A stretch of 64,000 bases of DNA from contig DEIG01000016.1 of NCBI GenBank assembly GCA_002352345.1, positions 7,419 through 71,418 on the forward strand, in the 5' to 3' direction. Under the pieces are notes generated by a model. The model was not told the DNA's origin and did not search any database. It was given only the letters and a program-made list of their open reading frames with translations. The translations under genes were made by a program, and so were the position numbers. Positions within the stretch are counted from its first letter, which is position 1. Each line of letters starts with the position of its first letter. Positions 28,493 to 38,500 of the stretch are shown one piece after another. The DNA comes from Methylococcaceae bacterium UBA2780 (GTDB lineage Bacteria; Pseudomonadota; Gammaproteobacteria; Methylococcales; UBA2780).

Positions 28493-29719
28493 TTAGCCCA
28501 CTTCAGTAACCTGATGCCTAGGTAGCCACAAAGACGTAGTCGCTGCTGCAAAAAGAAAGGCTGTCGATACAAACAGACAACCTGTTAATCCGTAAACTTG
28601 ATACAACCAGCCGGACAATACCGTGCCCATCAATCGCCCCATTGCATTGGCCATATAGTAAAAGCCAACATCAAGAGAAACACCTTCTTCCCTAGCGTAG
28701 CTAACAATCAAATAGCTGTGCAGTGAAGAATTAATCGCAAATAAAATACCGAATATCATCAGCCCAAGCAGTAAGCTTATTTCTGGTCGGATTCCATAGA
28801 CTATAAAAATTGCGATGGCCGTAGGGACCAAAGTAAGCATGGCTGCCCAAATGAATGTACTCTTGCCATCCGGAAATTTCCCAGTTCGTTTACCAGTGAA
28901 ATAAGGTGCAAATGACTGCGTAATACCATAACCAATAACCCACAATGCCAGAAAACCACCAACAGACCAGTGATCCCAACCTATGATACTGCTTAAATAC
29001 ACTGGAAGAGCCACCACAAACCAGACATCACGAGAACAGAAGAGAAACATTCTTGCGGCAGACAGGCAGTTAATTTCCCGGCTTTTTGAAAAAAGCTCAC
29101 TAAATTTTGGTTTGTTACTCGTTTTACCAAGTTCCTTTTTTAAAGTCGCCAGACTGAACAACCAGACCAGCAGCAGTCCTGCTGCCATACCAAAAATAGC
29201 GCTTTTGAATCCTAACAGGCTTAAAAGCAGACCACCCAGAAAGAACCCTGCCCCTTTTAACGCGTTTTTTGATCCTGTTAAAATCGCAACCCACTTATAA
29301 ACTTGGCTTTGTGCATCTGATGGCACTAAAAGCTTGATCGCACTTTTTGCGCTCATTTTATTAAGGTCTTTGGCAATGCCCGACAGTGCCTGGGCAGCCA
29401 TTACCCAGAGTACTGTGAGTGAACTCTCAGGAACCAGTAACATGCTCAGTGCAACAACTTGCAAAAACAGGCCAATGTTCATCGTTCTGTTTAGGCCCAA
29501 ATGAGCTCCCAACCAACCGCCAATGAGGTTAGTTAGCACACCAAACAGTTCATAAAAAAGAAAAAGCATGGCGATTTGTAGTGGACTGTGACCTAGGCCG
29601 TAAAAATAAAGCACGACCAACATGCGAAGCGCACCATCGGTTAAGGTAAACGCCCAGTAGTTACCTGTGATAATCAGATATTGACGAACATCTGCTGATA
29701 ACCCTGCAAACCAGCTCAT
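28493..29719 (-). CDS. arsJ: MFS transporter, ArsJ type (1-arseno-3-phosphoglycerate efflux)
   Basis: 408-aa 12-TM-like protein. The N-terminus (ITGNYWAFTLTDGALRMLVVLYFYGLGHSPLQIAMLFLFYE) matches ArsJ proteins as I remember them. It lies 8 nt downstream of a GAPDH gene inside an arsR-headed cluster, the diagnostic gapdh-arsJ pairing. Confidence 0.78.
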   Translation of the reverse strand: MSWFAGLSADVRQYLIITGNYWAFTLTDGALRMLVVLYFYGLGHSPLQIAMLFLFYELFGVLTNLIGGWLGAHLGLNRTMNIGLFLQVVALSMLLVPESSLTVLWVMAAQALSGIAKDLNKMSAKSAIKLLVPSDAQSQVYKWVAILTGSKNALKGAGFFLGGLLLSLLGFKSAIFGMAAGLLLVWLFSLATLKKELGKTSNKPKFSELFSKSREINCLSAARMFLFCSRDVWFVVALPVYLSSIIGWDHWSVGGFLALWVIGYGITQSFAPYFTGKRTGKFPDGKSTFIWAAMLTLVPTAIAIFIVYGIRPEISLLLGLMIFGILFAINSSLHSYLIVSYAREEGVSLDVGFYYMANAMGRLMGTVLSGWLYQVYGLTGCLFVSTAFLFAAATTSLWLPRHQVTEVG

Positions 29720-29727
29720 AACAGCCT

Positions 29728-30741
29728 CTATGCTTTGTCCATTCGGCCTACCAAGCGCATTAACTCCGCTGTGCGATTAGCGTAGCCCCACTCGTTGTCA
29801 TACCAGATATAGAGCTTAACCTGCGTTTCATTAACAACCATTGTTGACAGGGCATCGACAATTCCAGATCGCGGGTCTGTTTTGTAATCAATAGAGACTA
29901 GCGGACGCTCTTCATAACCTAAAATCCCTTCGAGCTCAGCCTCAGAGGCCTCTTTCAGTAGTGCATTAACCTCCTCTACCGTTGTCTCTCGACTCACCTC
30001 AAATACACAGTCTGTGATGGAAGCATTTGCAAGCGGAACACGGATTGCGTGTCCATTTAATTTGCCTTTGAGTTCGGGAAAGATATGGGTGATTGCCGTA
30101 GCAGAACCGGTTGTAGTCGGTATCAAGCTCATCCCGCACGCACGTGCGCGGCGTAAATCTTTGTGTGGCGCATCGAGAATGGTTTGGGTGTTCGTAATAT
30201 CGTGAATGGTGGTCATCGAACCATGCACGATCCCCAATCTTTCATGAATCACTTTGACAACGGGTGCCAAGCAATTAGTGGTACAGGAGGCGGCCGTTAT
30301 TATGGCGTGCTCTGTTTTGTCGTAAAGCTGTTCATTGACCCCCATCACAACATTCAGTACGCCCTCCTCTTTCACCGGTGCTGTCACCACTACCCGTTTG
30401 ACACCCTGATCCAGATAAGCCTGCAGTAGTGCTTTTGTTTTCATTTTTCCACTGGCTTCGATCACCACATCGCAATCTGACCAATCGGTATCTGAAATGG
30501 AGGTGTTAGAAGTACAAACAATAGACTGGCCATTGATGACGATCGCTTCGTTATTGCTGCCCGTATTATGTTCCCAGCGACCATGAATAGAATCAAAAGC
30601 TAGCAAATGCGCCAATGTTGGCGCATCACCCGCTGGATCATTAATTCTCACAAATTCAATGTCATCCCAATCAAATGCAGCCCGTAGTATTAAGCGCCCC
30701 ATGCGGCCAAAGCCGTTAATACCGACTCGAATTTTCATCAT
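29728..30741 (-). CDS. gap: glyceraldehyde-3-phosphate dehydrogenase (ars-associated copy)
   Basis: INGFGRMGR Rossmann start, catalytic [18 protein letters not shown]. Confidence 0.9.
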   Translation of the reverse strand: MMKIRVGINGFGRMGRLILRAAFDWDDIEFVRINDPAGDAPTLAHLLAFDSIHGRWEHNTGSNNEAIVINGQSIVCTSNTSISDTDWSDCDVVIEASGKMKTKALLQAYLDQGVKRVVVTAPVKEEGVLNVVMGVNEQLYDKTEHAIITAASCTTNCLAPVVKVIHERLGIVHGSMTTIHDITNTQTILDAPHKDLRRARACGMSLIPTTTGSATAITHIFPELKGKLNGHAIRVPLANASITDCVFEVSRETTVEEVNALLKEASEAELEGILGYEERPLVSIDYKTDPRSGIVDALSTMVVNETQVKLYIWYDNEWGYANRTAELMRLVGRMDKA

Positions 30742-30780
30742 CTTTCCTTAAATTTAAAATTATCTCGAATGAATTTAGGC

Positions 30781-31014
30781 TCAGCTGAGCATTGCAACGA
30801 TTTGGTCTCGGTGAGGAATAGAGCCGCTATGAACCAGTTGCTCATCAATAACAACAGCAGGCGTGCTCATCACTCCGTAGTCCATAATTACTTCCGCACT
30901 GGTCTCTTTTGTTACGGAAACTGCAATATTGAGTTCATGAGCGATCTCTTCAATTATTTCAGCGGTTTTGCTGCATTTGTTGCAACCACTACCTAATACT
31001 TTGATATTTTTCAT
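30781..31014 (-). CDS. thioredoxin-fold protein (redox-active disulfide protein 2 type)
   Basis: 77 aa with a CxxC motif (GSGCNKCS) and MSTPAVVIDE. This small protein is a typical companion of COG0701-type permeases. Confidence 0.8.
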   Translation of the reverse strand: MKNIKVLGSGCNKCSKTAEIIEEIAHELNIAVSVTKETSAEVIMDYGVMSTPAVVIDEQLVHSGSIPHRDQIVAMLS

Positions 31015-31023
31015 TTTTAGTCC

Positions 31024-32028
31024 TTATAAAAGTGGGGTGAACGCATTAAAAACCCAGCCTACTAACGTAAAAGAAACTAGCAGAAGAGAAAACAAAATAG
31101 CCAACAAACGCCACTGCATCACCTGCTTTAGCAAGATAAATTCCGGAAAGCTTGCAGCAACCGTACTCATACAAAAAGCCATCGTTGTGCCGACAGGCAA
31201 GCCATTCTTAATAAGGCTTTCCATAATCGGGATAACACCCGTTGCATTCGAATAAAGCGGAATACCGAGCATTACCGCCGCAGGTACCGACCACCACTGG
31301 CCATCGCCTAGATGCGATTCAATCCAGCCATCGGGCACAAAACCGTGAAGCGCTGCGCCAATACCGACCCCGATAATGACCCATTTCCAGACTCTTCCAA
31401 ATATCTCTAGCGCCTCCTCTTTGGCAAATTGGTGGCGTTGAGGGAACGTCAGGCTTGATTCTGTTTGGCGAAGATTTGCAGATCTGTTTGCTAATTTATT
31501 TTGTTGCCCCCGCTTTAATGCTTCAGCAGCAAAAGATTGGAGCCACCGTTCAGCTTTGATTAAATCAAGAAAGAGGCCACCTAACATTCCAACAGCCATG
31601 CCTACAACAACGTAAAGCACGGTAAATTTCCAGCCCAGCAAACCCATAAGGAGAAGAACCGCTACCTCGTTAATCAGAGGTGATGTAATTAAAAAAGCCA
31701 TCGTGATTCCAACAGGGATTCCGGCCGACGTAAATCCTAAAAAAACCGGAATGCTAGAGCAAGAGCAAAAAGGCGTAATTGCGCCAAATGCCGAGCCCAT
31801 TAGATAGCCAACTCCACGATGCTTTTTCGCCAGATAATCACGGACTTTTTCAACATTAAGTGATGCTCGTAACAATGCGATCAGATAAATCATCACCACT
31901 AACAAGGCAAAAATTTTGCTGACGTCTTCAATGAAAAAGTTAAGGGCATCACCCTGTTTTGTCGCAGGAGAAAGGCCAAAAACTGAAAAAGTTAGCCAAT
32001 TGGCAAAATCGGTAAAAAGCTGAAACAT
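31024..32028 (-). CDS. COG0701/DUF318 permease, ArsP-like
   Basis: Polytopic protein carrying the TPFCSCSSIP motif known from ArsP-type organoarsenical permeases. The ATG at 32028 with a GGAGAG RBS is preferred over the track's TTG at 32091. Confidence 0.75.
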   Translation of the reverse strand: MFQLFTDFANWLTFSVFGLSPATKQGDALNFFIEDVSKIFALLVVMIYLIALLRASLNVEKVRDYLAKKHRGVGYLMGSAFGAITPFCSCSSIPVFLGFTSAGIPVGITMAFLITSPLINEVAVLLLMGLLGWKFTVLYVVVGMAVGMLGGLFLDLIKAERWLQSFAAEALKRGQQNKLANRSANLRQTESSLTFPQRHQFAKEEALEIFGRVWKWVIIGVGIGAALHGFVPDGWIESHLGDGQWWSVPAAVMLGIPLYSNATGVIPIMESLIKNGLPVGTTMAFCMSTVAASFPEFILLKQVMQWRLLAILFSLLLVSFTLVGWVFNAFTPLL

Positions 32029-32129
32029 CAGTGTGCTCTCCGCCCTAACGATCCCGCCAATGGCACACTGACAGAAAAGTGCATACGGCAATAAAACAGA
32101 TGTAAAAACACGCGTTTAAGCATAATTTT

Positions 32130-32474
32130 CTAGCAACAACCTTTAATGCGCTCAGGCCGGTCACCTTTGCTATAGAGCCTACTCAGATTCTCAGCTAGGA
32201 ATTGGGTATTATTTTTTGAAGTCGCTCTTAAAACCTGTTTCGCCCACTCGGGTAAGGTAGGGTTAACCCGATAAAAAACCCATTGCCCCTGCCTTCGGTC
32301 AACAAGCAATTCACACTTTCTTAGCTGCGCCAAATGACGTGAAATTTTCGGCTGAATCTCCTGCAGTGCCTCTGTCAATTCACAAACACAAAGCTCACTC
32401 TCTTGCTCGATAAGCAACATACAGCGTAGCCGAGTTTCATCTGATAGGCACTTATAAAATAAGACTGGGTTCAT
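32130..32474 (-). CDS. arsR: ArsR/SmtB family metalloregulator
   Basis: 114 aa. Contains the ELCVCELTEAL metalloid-binding motif in the HTH region, HLAQLRKCELL, and a C-terminal CC pair. First gene of the ars cluster. Confidence 0.85.
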   Translation of the reverse strand: MNPVLFYKCLSDETRLRCMLLIEQESELCVCELTEALQEIQPKISRHLAQLRKCELLVDRRQGQWVFYRVNPTLPEWAKQVLRATSKNNTQFLAENLSRLYSKGDRPERIKGCC

Positions 32475-32505
32475 AGGTAAAATTTGCGGGGCATCTTACT
32501 TGTTA

Positions 32506-32547
32506 AAAATATATGGGTATTAGTATATATGGTATTTCATATATTTT
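32506..32547. promoter_or_regulatory. candidate ArsR operator / ars promoter region
   Basis: 10-bp inverted repeat AAAATATATG (32506-32515) / CATATATTTT (32538-32547), 32 nt upstream of the arsR start. It encloses an imperfect direct repeat ATATATGGGTATT / ATATATGGTATT. Confidence 0.35.
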
Positions 32548-32726
32548 AAATAAAGGCACTGATTGGCAGCTAATCCACACGGCTAAAAATAGTATTTTCC
32601 AGCACACCATCTGATTCGCATTTAATCGTAGACCACCATTCGGTATGCTTATCGGGTTAGATATAACTAGAGCAATGCACAATAAACCGTGCAAAAATGG
32701 GGAAGAAAAAATTGAGCAGCATGTTG

Positions 32727-32748
32727 AAAAAGTTGTTAACAGCTTTTT
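32727..32748. promoter_or_regulatory. near-perfect 22-bp palindrome upstream of the StyA-like gene
   Basis: AAAAAGTTGTTAACAGCTTTTT is symmetric about GTTAAC with 2 mismatches. It overlaps a TTGAAA -35-like hexamer at 32724-32729, about 65 nt upstream of the ATG at 32814. Confidence 0.3.
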
Positions 32749-32813
32749 AAAAATCTCAGGGGTAATTGAGGAAGATAACCTGCAAAATAGCTAGTCAACA
32801 GAGGAAAAATAGA

Positions 32814-34055
32814 ATGCAATCTATAACCATAATCGGTGCAGGACAGGCTGGGTTACAGTTAGGAATTGGTCTAAAAAAACAGGGCTATGAGGTCACAATT
32901 GTGACCAATAAAACGGCTAAAGAGATCAAAAATGGCAACATACTATCGAGCCAAATTATATTTGATATGGCACGGCAAATAGAGAGAGGCTTGGATCTTA
33001 ATTTTTGGGACCAAGAATGCCCAAGTATTGAAAGCATTGATCTGAACTTTGGTTTAGAAGACAGAAGCCCTCTTCTCAACTGGTCTGCAGGATTTGATAA
33101 GCCAGCACAATCGGTCGATCAGCGAGTCAAAATGCCAGTCTGGATAGATGAATTTGAAAAGCTAGGCGGAAAACTGATTATTGAAGAGGCTGGCATCCCA
33201 GAGCTCGAAGCCTATGCAGAAAAAAGCGGCTTGGTTCTTGTCGCCTCTGGAAAAGGCGAAATCGGCAGGCTATTTGAGCACGATACAGACAAATCAGCCT
33301 TCAATAAACCGATGCGAGTATTAAGCCTCATCTATGTAAAAGGTAGCAAACCAAAAGATAAAGCTGCTCTGAGCTTTAATGCCGTTCCTGGGGTTGGAGA
33401 ATTTTTTATCATCCCAGCGCTGACAACCTCAGGTCCTTGTGAAATCCTCTTTTTTGAAGGGCTTCCAGGCGCCTCTTTTGACTGTTGGCAAGAGATTAAA
33501 ACAGCTGAGCAGCACATTGATAAAACCCAAGAACTCATCCAACAATATATTCCCTGGGAATTCGAGCGCTGCAAATCTATAAAAGCCTGTGACGACAAGG
33601 CTTACCTGATTGGTAGCCTTACACCAATAGTACGACACCCTGTCGCGACACTTCCTTCAGGTGCTAAAGTGCTGGGCATTGGTGACACTGTTTGCCTGCA
33701 CGATCCTATTACTGGGCAAGGTTCTAATAACGCGACCAAGGCAGCGAATATTTATCTGGCCTCAATTCTTGAACATGGAGATAAAGGCTTTGATGAGGCA
33801 TGGATGCAAAAAACATTCAACACCTTCTGGGACTATGCACAGCATGTCGTTAATTGGACCAATAGCATGCTGCTGCCTCCAACAAATAACATGCAAAAAA
33901 TAATGGGGGCCGCTGCAAGCAGTCCCACATTAGCTCGACGGGTTGCAAACGCATTTAATGACCCGGCAGACCTATACCCTTGGTGGAAAAATGAGCGTAG
34001 GGCCAGTGTAGTGATCGGTAGGTCACTTGAAGCAGATGAAAAACCTTCTCATTAG
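32814..34055 (+). CDS. FAD-dependent monooxygenase, StyA (styrene/indole monooxygenase)-like
   Basis: The N-terminal dinucleotide fold ITIIGAGQAGLQLGIGL and the roughly 410-aa size resemble the StyA family. The ATG at 32814 has a GAGGA RBS, and the track's 32766 start adds 16 residues. Confidence 0.6.
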   Translation: MQSITIIGAGQAGLQLGIGLKKQGYEVTIVTNKTAKEIKNGNILSSQIIFDMARQIERGLDLNFWDQECPSIESIDLNFGLEDRSPLLNWSAGFDKPAQSVDQRVKMPVWIDEFEKLGGKLIIEEAGIPELEAYAEKSGLVLVASGKGEIGRLFEHDTDKSAFNKPMRVLSLIYVKGSKPKDKAALSFNAVPGVGEFFIIPALTTSGPCEILFFEGLPGASFDCWQEIKTAEQHIDKTQELIQQYIPWEFERCKSIKACDDKAYLIGSLTPIVRHPVATLPSGAKVLGIGDTVCLHDPITGQGSNNATKAANIYLASILEHGDKGFDEAWMQKTFNTFWDYAQHVVNWTNSMLLPPTNNMQKIMGAAASSPTLARRVANAFNDPADLYPWWKNERRASVVIGRSLEADEKPSH

Positions 34056-34124
34056 CGCAAGAATTTGAATCCGCTAGCATCACTCGATGAAACTAGTGCT
34101 AGCGAATTCAATTCCAAATGCTGA

Positions 34125-35117
34125 CTATGCATTCACATCAACAATAACGCGCCCACGAATACCCCCTGCGATAAGCTGGTCCGCTAGTTCTGGAATACTC
34201 GTCATAGGTTCGGTACGTGTAATCTCTGCAAGTCTCTCTTTTGGTAGGTCACGTGCAAGCTGTTTCCAAGCCTCTAACCGCAATGCCATAGGTGCCATTA
34301 CAGAATCGATACCGCATAGGGTGACACCCCTAAGAATAAATGGAAAAACAGTCGCAGGAAGATCAATTCCTCCAGCCAATCCACATGCAGCGACACAGCC
34401 ATCTCTCTTGGTTTGTGCGATGGCATTTGCCAGTGTTTGCGAACCCACGCTATCAACTACACCAGCCCAACGTTCGGCAGCTAATGGAGCCCCCTTTTCA
34501 CTGAGCTCGCTTCTGTCAATAAAGCTGCTTGCACCCAACCTTTTTAGGTATTCATGGAGTTCAGGACGTCCTGTTGAAGCAACTACGTCAAATCCCAGTT
34601 CGGACAGAATCGCAATGGCGATTGAGCCAACTCCACCACCTGCGCCGGTAACAAGGATCTCACCCTGCTCAGGTGTTACGCCCTGTTTTTTCAACGCCAT
34701 AATAGAAAGCATTGCGGTATAGCCGGCTGTGCCAATTGCCATCGTCTCTTTAAGTGACAACCCTTCGGGCAGAGGGACTATAAAGTCTGGGTTGACTCTT
34801 TGTTTCTGCGAATACCCGCCCCAATATTTTTCGCTTAACTCATAGCCATTAACGAGCACCTTATCGCCTACTTTAAATCGCGAATCAGATGATTCAGCGA
34901 CCGTGCCAGCGAGATCAATTCCACAGACCATCGGTAACTTCCTACAAATTCGTCCTTTTCCTGATACAGCCAAGCCATCTTTATAATTAAGAGAGGAGTA
35001 AGAAATATCAATCAACACGCCCTCTTCTGGTAAATCAGAAAGGTTGAGTTGTTTTAATGAGCCTCTTGTTTTCCCATCAATTTCCTCTGCAACAATCGCA
35101 TTAAATGAACCTGACAT
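34125..35117 (-). CDS. MDR-family NADPH:quinone/acrylyl-CoA reductase (YhdH/AcuI type)
   Basis: 330 aa. Motifs YSSLNYKDGLA, VTGAGGGVGS and GRVIVD are characteristic of the YhdH subfamily. Confidence 0.8.
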   Translation of the reverse strand: MSGSFNAIVAEEIDGKTRGSLKQLNLSDLPEEGVLIDISYSSLNYKDGLAVSGKGRICRKLPMVCGIDLAGTVAESSDSRFKVGDKVLVNGYELSEKYWGGYSQKQRVNPDFIVPLPEGLSLKETMAIGTAGYTAMLSIMALKKQGVTPEQGEILVTGAGGGVGSIAIAILSELGFDVVASTGRPELHEYLKRLGASSFIDRSELSEKGAPLAAERWAGVVDSVGSQTLANAIAQTKRDGCVAACGLAGGIDLPATVFPFILRGVTLCGIDSVMAPMALRLEAWKQLARDLPKERLAEITRTEPMTSIPELADQLIAGGIRGRVIVDVNA

Positions 35118-35194
35118 TGTCTTCCCCTTGTTAGATTATAAGTATGCGGAGTTTATATCACCGCCCCTTAGCGGCTGCAATGGCAATCGCTCTT

Positions 35195-35509
35195 TTAGAT
35201 GGTTCCTAGTTCAAGAAGAGGCATAACCCAGTAATGAATTCCGCTATTTTTAAAATCCAGTTTTAGCTCTATGAGAAGCTGCTGCAACTCAGAATTAGGA
35301 ATCATGATTCTAAACTGAACCTGTTTCTTTCGCCCTGTTACCTGCTCCGAAGTCGACAAACCCGACATCTGGCTCCCATGCCCACTCACCGGAAGACTGG
35401 TAAAATCTTGTTTAAAAGGCTGGTCAATCAACCAGTCCATAATGATCTCTTCCATCGAGGGTTTGACTGTCAGGATGAGCAGCTTTATTTCATCGTTTTT
35501 ATCAGGCAT
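35195..35509 (-). CDS. small cytoplasmic protein coupled to czcA (DUF3240-like, from memory)
   Basis: 104 aa from the ATG at 35509, which overlaps the czcA stop by 8 nt (ATGCCTGA) and has a GGGGAG RBS. Non-membrane, mixed alpha/beta-looking sequence. Confidence 0.5.
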   Translation of the reverse strand: MPDKNDEIKLLILTVKPSMEEIIMDWLIDQPFKQDFTSLPVSGHGSQMSGLSTSEQVTGRKKQVQFRIMIPNSELQQLLIELKLDFKNSGIHYWVMPLLELGTI

Positions 35510-38500
35510 TTTCGGGCTCCCCATAACGTTTGTAGAGAATAGGCAGTAAAATAAGTGTTAAAAGTGTTGAGGTGATTAGCCCACCAATTACAACGATAGC
35601 CAACGGCCTTTGAATCTCAGATCCTGGGCCTGTAGCAAATAGCAATGGTAATAACCCAAATGCTGCAATTGTTGCAGTCATCATGACCGGCCTTAACCGT
35701 CGCATCGATCCTTCGATAACAACTTTTGCCATATCAACCCCTCGGTCGCGTAGTTGGTTAAAATAACTAACCATCACCACGCCGTTGAGTACAGCAATGC
35801 CTAATAATGCGATAAAGCCGACTGATGCAGGAACAGATAGGTACTCACCAGAAACCCAAAGTGCAAAGACACCACCAATAAGCGCTAGAGGTATATTTGA
35901 AAGAACCAAAATAGCCTGCCTCACCGATCCAAATGTCGTAAATAAAAGAAGAAAAATCAACCCAAGCGCGACGGGGATAACAAGTGAAAGCCGTTTGGCT
36001 GCCCTCTGCTGGTTCTCGAACTGACCGCTCCATTCAACAAAATATCCCGTTGGCAGTTCGATGGAATCAGTGACCGCTTGGCGAGCCTCTTCTACGAAGC
36101 CAACAAGGTCCCTTCCTTGAACATTGCTACGGATAACAACAAAGCGCTGCCCACGCTCTCGTGCAACCGAGACAACTCCTTCCACTCTTTCCAGTTTGGC
36201 GACCGCTGACAAGGGAATCTGATAACCACCGGGTAATGTTATGCTAAGACTATTAATTCCCTCGGCTGTTGCTTGGCTCCTTACAATCAAAGGTGTTCTC
36301 TGTATTCCTTCCTGTATCGTTCCTAAACGAAGCCCTTCGATCTGGCTCCGTAATATCTGTTCAAGCGCGTCAACATCAAGTCCCATACGCCCTGCTGCTA
36401 AGTGATCGATCGATAATTGCAAATACTGCATGCCTTCGTTCTGACTGGTGAATACATCAGATGCTCCCGAAATCTTTTTAACTACACCTGCAATTTTTGA
36501 CGCATTGCTGTTTAGCAACGACATATCATTACCATAGAGTTTTATGGCCACATCTCCCCTAACACCAGTAAGCATTTCAGATACTCGCATCTGTATCGGT
36601 TGGGTAAAACCGTAAGAGACACCAGGCACCTCATCTAGTACCTTACGAATTTCGTCAATTAACGCCTCTTTGCTTTCTACTCGCCAATCTTCTTGTGGTT
36701 TAAGAACAAAAAAACTATCCGTCTCATTGAGCCCCATTGGATCTAAGCCAAGTTCATCCGATCCAGCACGCGCCACGATACGATTAACCTCTGGGATATT
36801 TTCTAAAATCACTTTCTGGACCCGCATATCGAGTTCAGCTGACTGCTCCAGTGAGATCGAGGGGAGTTTTTCGAGCTGTACGATAATATCTCCCTCGTCC
36901 ATTTGTGGCATGAATGTTTTACCAATCTGAGTGTAAACAAGCGCCGTCACAACGAGCAAAAACAGGGCGCTGATAATAACCTGACGAGCATGGAGCATGC
37001 ACCAAGCGAGCACTGGACGGTAAAGTGAGCTTAATTTGCGTGGTAGCCAAGGCTCTTCATGTGATACATCTTTCAATAGATATGAAGCGATGACTGGGAT
37101 CACCGTTAGCGACATCAACAACGAACCACCGAGTGCAAACACGATTGTCAGTGCCACTGGGGTAAAGAGCTTTCCTTCGAGTCCTTGTAGAGTCAACAAT
37201 GGCAAGAAGACGATAATAATAATTAAAATACCTGATGTGACCGGCGCAGCAACCTCCCGAACAGCACGGTAAATCATATGCAATCTTGGAAAATGAGCGG
37301 CCTTTTCTTTGTCTGCAAGTTGGGATGTAATGTTTTCTACGACAACAACCGCGCCGTCAACGAGCATACCGATCGCAATTGCGAGCCCCCCAAGGCTCAT
37401 AAGATTTGCAGAAAGGTGAAACTGGTTCATCAAAATAAAGGTGAAGAGTGCTGCGAGCGGCAATGACAATGCAACAACAATCGCCGCGCGAATATTCCCG
37501 AGAAATAAGATCAATAGAATTACAACAAGAACAATCGCCTCGAGCAACGCTTTAGAGACAGTGTTAACCGCTCGTGTAACAAGATTTCCACGGTCGTAGA
37601 AAACTTCAACAGTGACTCCATCGGGTAGGCCTGGAGAAATTTCAGCTAGTTTTCCCTTAACACCTTCTACCAGTTTTCCAGCATTAGCTCCACGCAAACC
37701 AAGAACCAAACCCTGAACCGTCTCACTATCACCGTTCTGGGTAACTGCGCCATAGCGTGTCATAGAGCCAATACGGACTTCGGCAATATCGCTGACAGTT
37801 ATCGGTAGCGTTTCTTGTCCACCACGAACAACAACACTTTTAAGCTGGTCGATCGTTTTTATTTGCCCTTCACTACGAACGAGTAAAGCCTCCTCTCCCT
37901 CAATAATTCGGCCTGCCCCATCGTTACGATTATTTTTTTGTATCGCCTCAATGAGTTGCTGTGTAGAAATGCCTCGTGCACTCATTCGATTATTATCTGG
38001 AATAATCTCGAAACTGCGAACAAATCCACCGAGTGCGTTGACATCAGCCACACCCTGAACAGTACGAAGCGCAGGCCTAATGACCCAGTCGAGAAGATTG
38101 CGCCGCTCCATCAACCCCAGCCCTCCTCCCTCAATGGTGAACATAAACATCTCACCAAGAGGGGTGGTCATTGGTGCAATACCACCATCAATACCCTCTG
38201 GCAAATCTCCCCAGACCCCGTTCAACCTTTCAGAAACCTGTTGCCTAGCCCAATAAATATCCGTTCCCTCCTCAAAGTCGACGGTTATATCAGTCAGAGC
38301 ATATTTTGCAATTGACCGTAGCATTACCTGTTTTGGAATGCCTAATAACTCAACTTCGATTGGGGCAGTAATGCGCGCCTCTATCTCTTCTGGTGTCATT
38401 CCTGGTGATTTGATGATCACTTTCACCTGAGTGGGTGAAACATCAGGAAAGGCATCGATAGGGATTTGTTTTACAGCGTAATATCCACCGCCAGTGAGTA

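Noticed and set aside
34087-34722. 211-aa plus-strand ORF.
   Set aside because: It lies entirely antisense to the well-supported YhdH-type reductase gene. Its Ala/Ser/Pro/Arg-rich low-complexity translation is typical of a shadow ORF.
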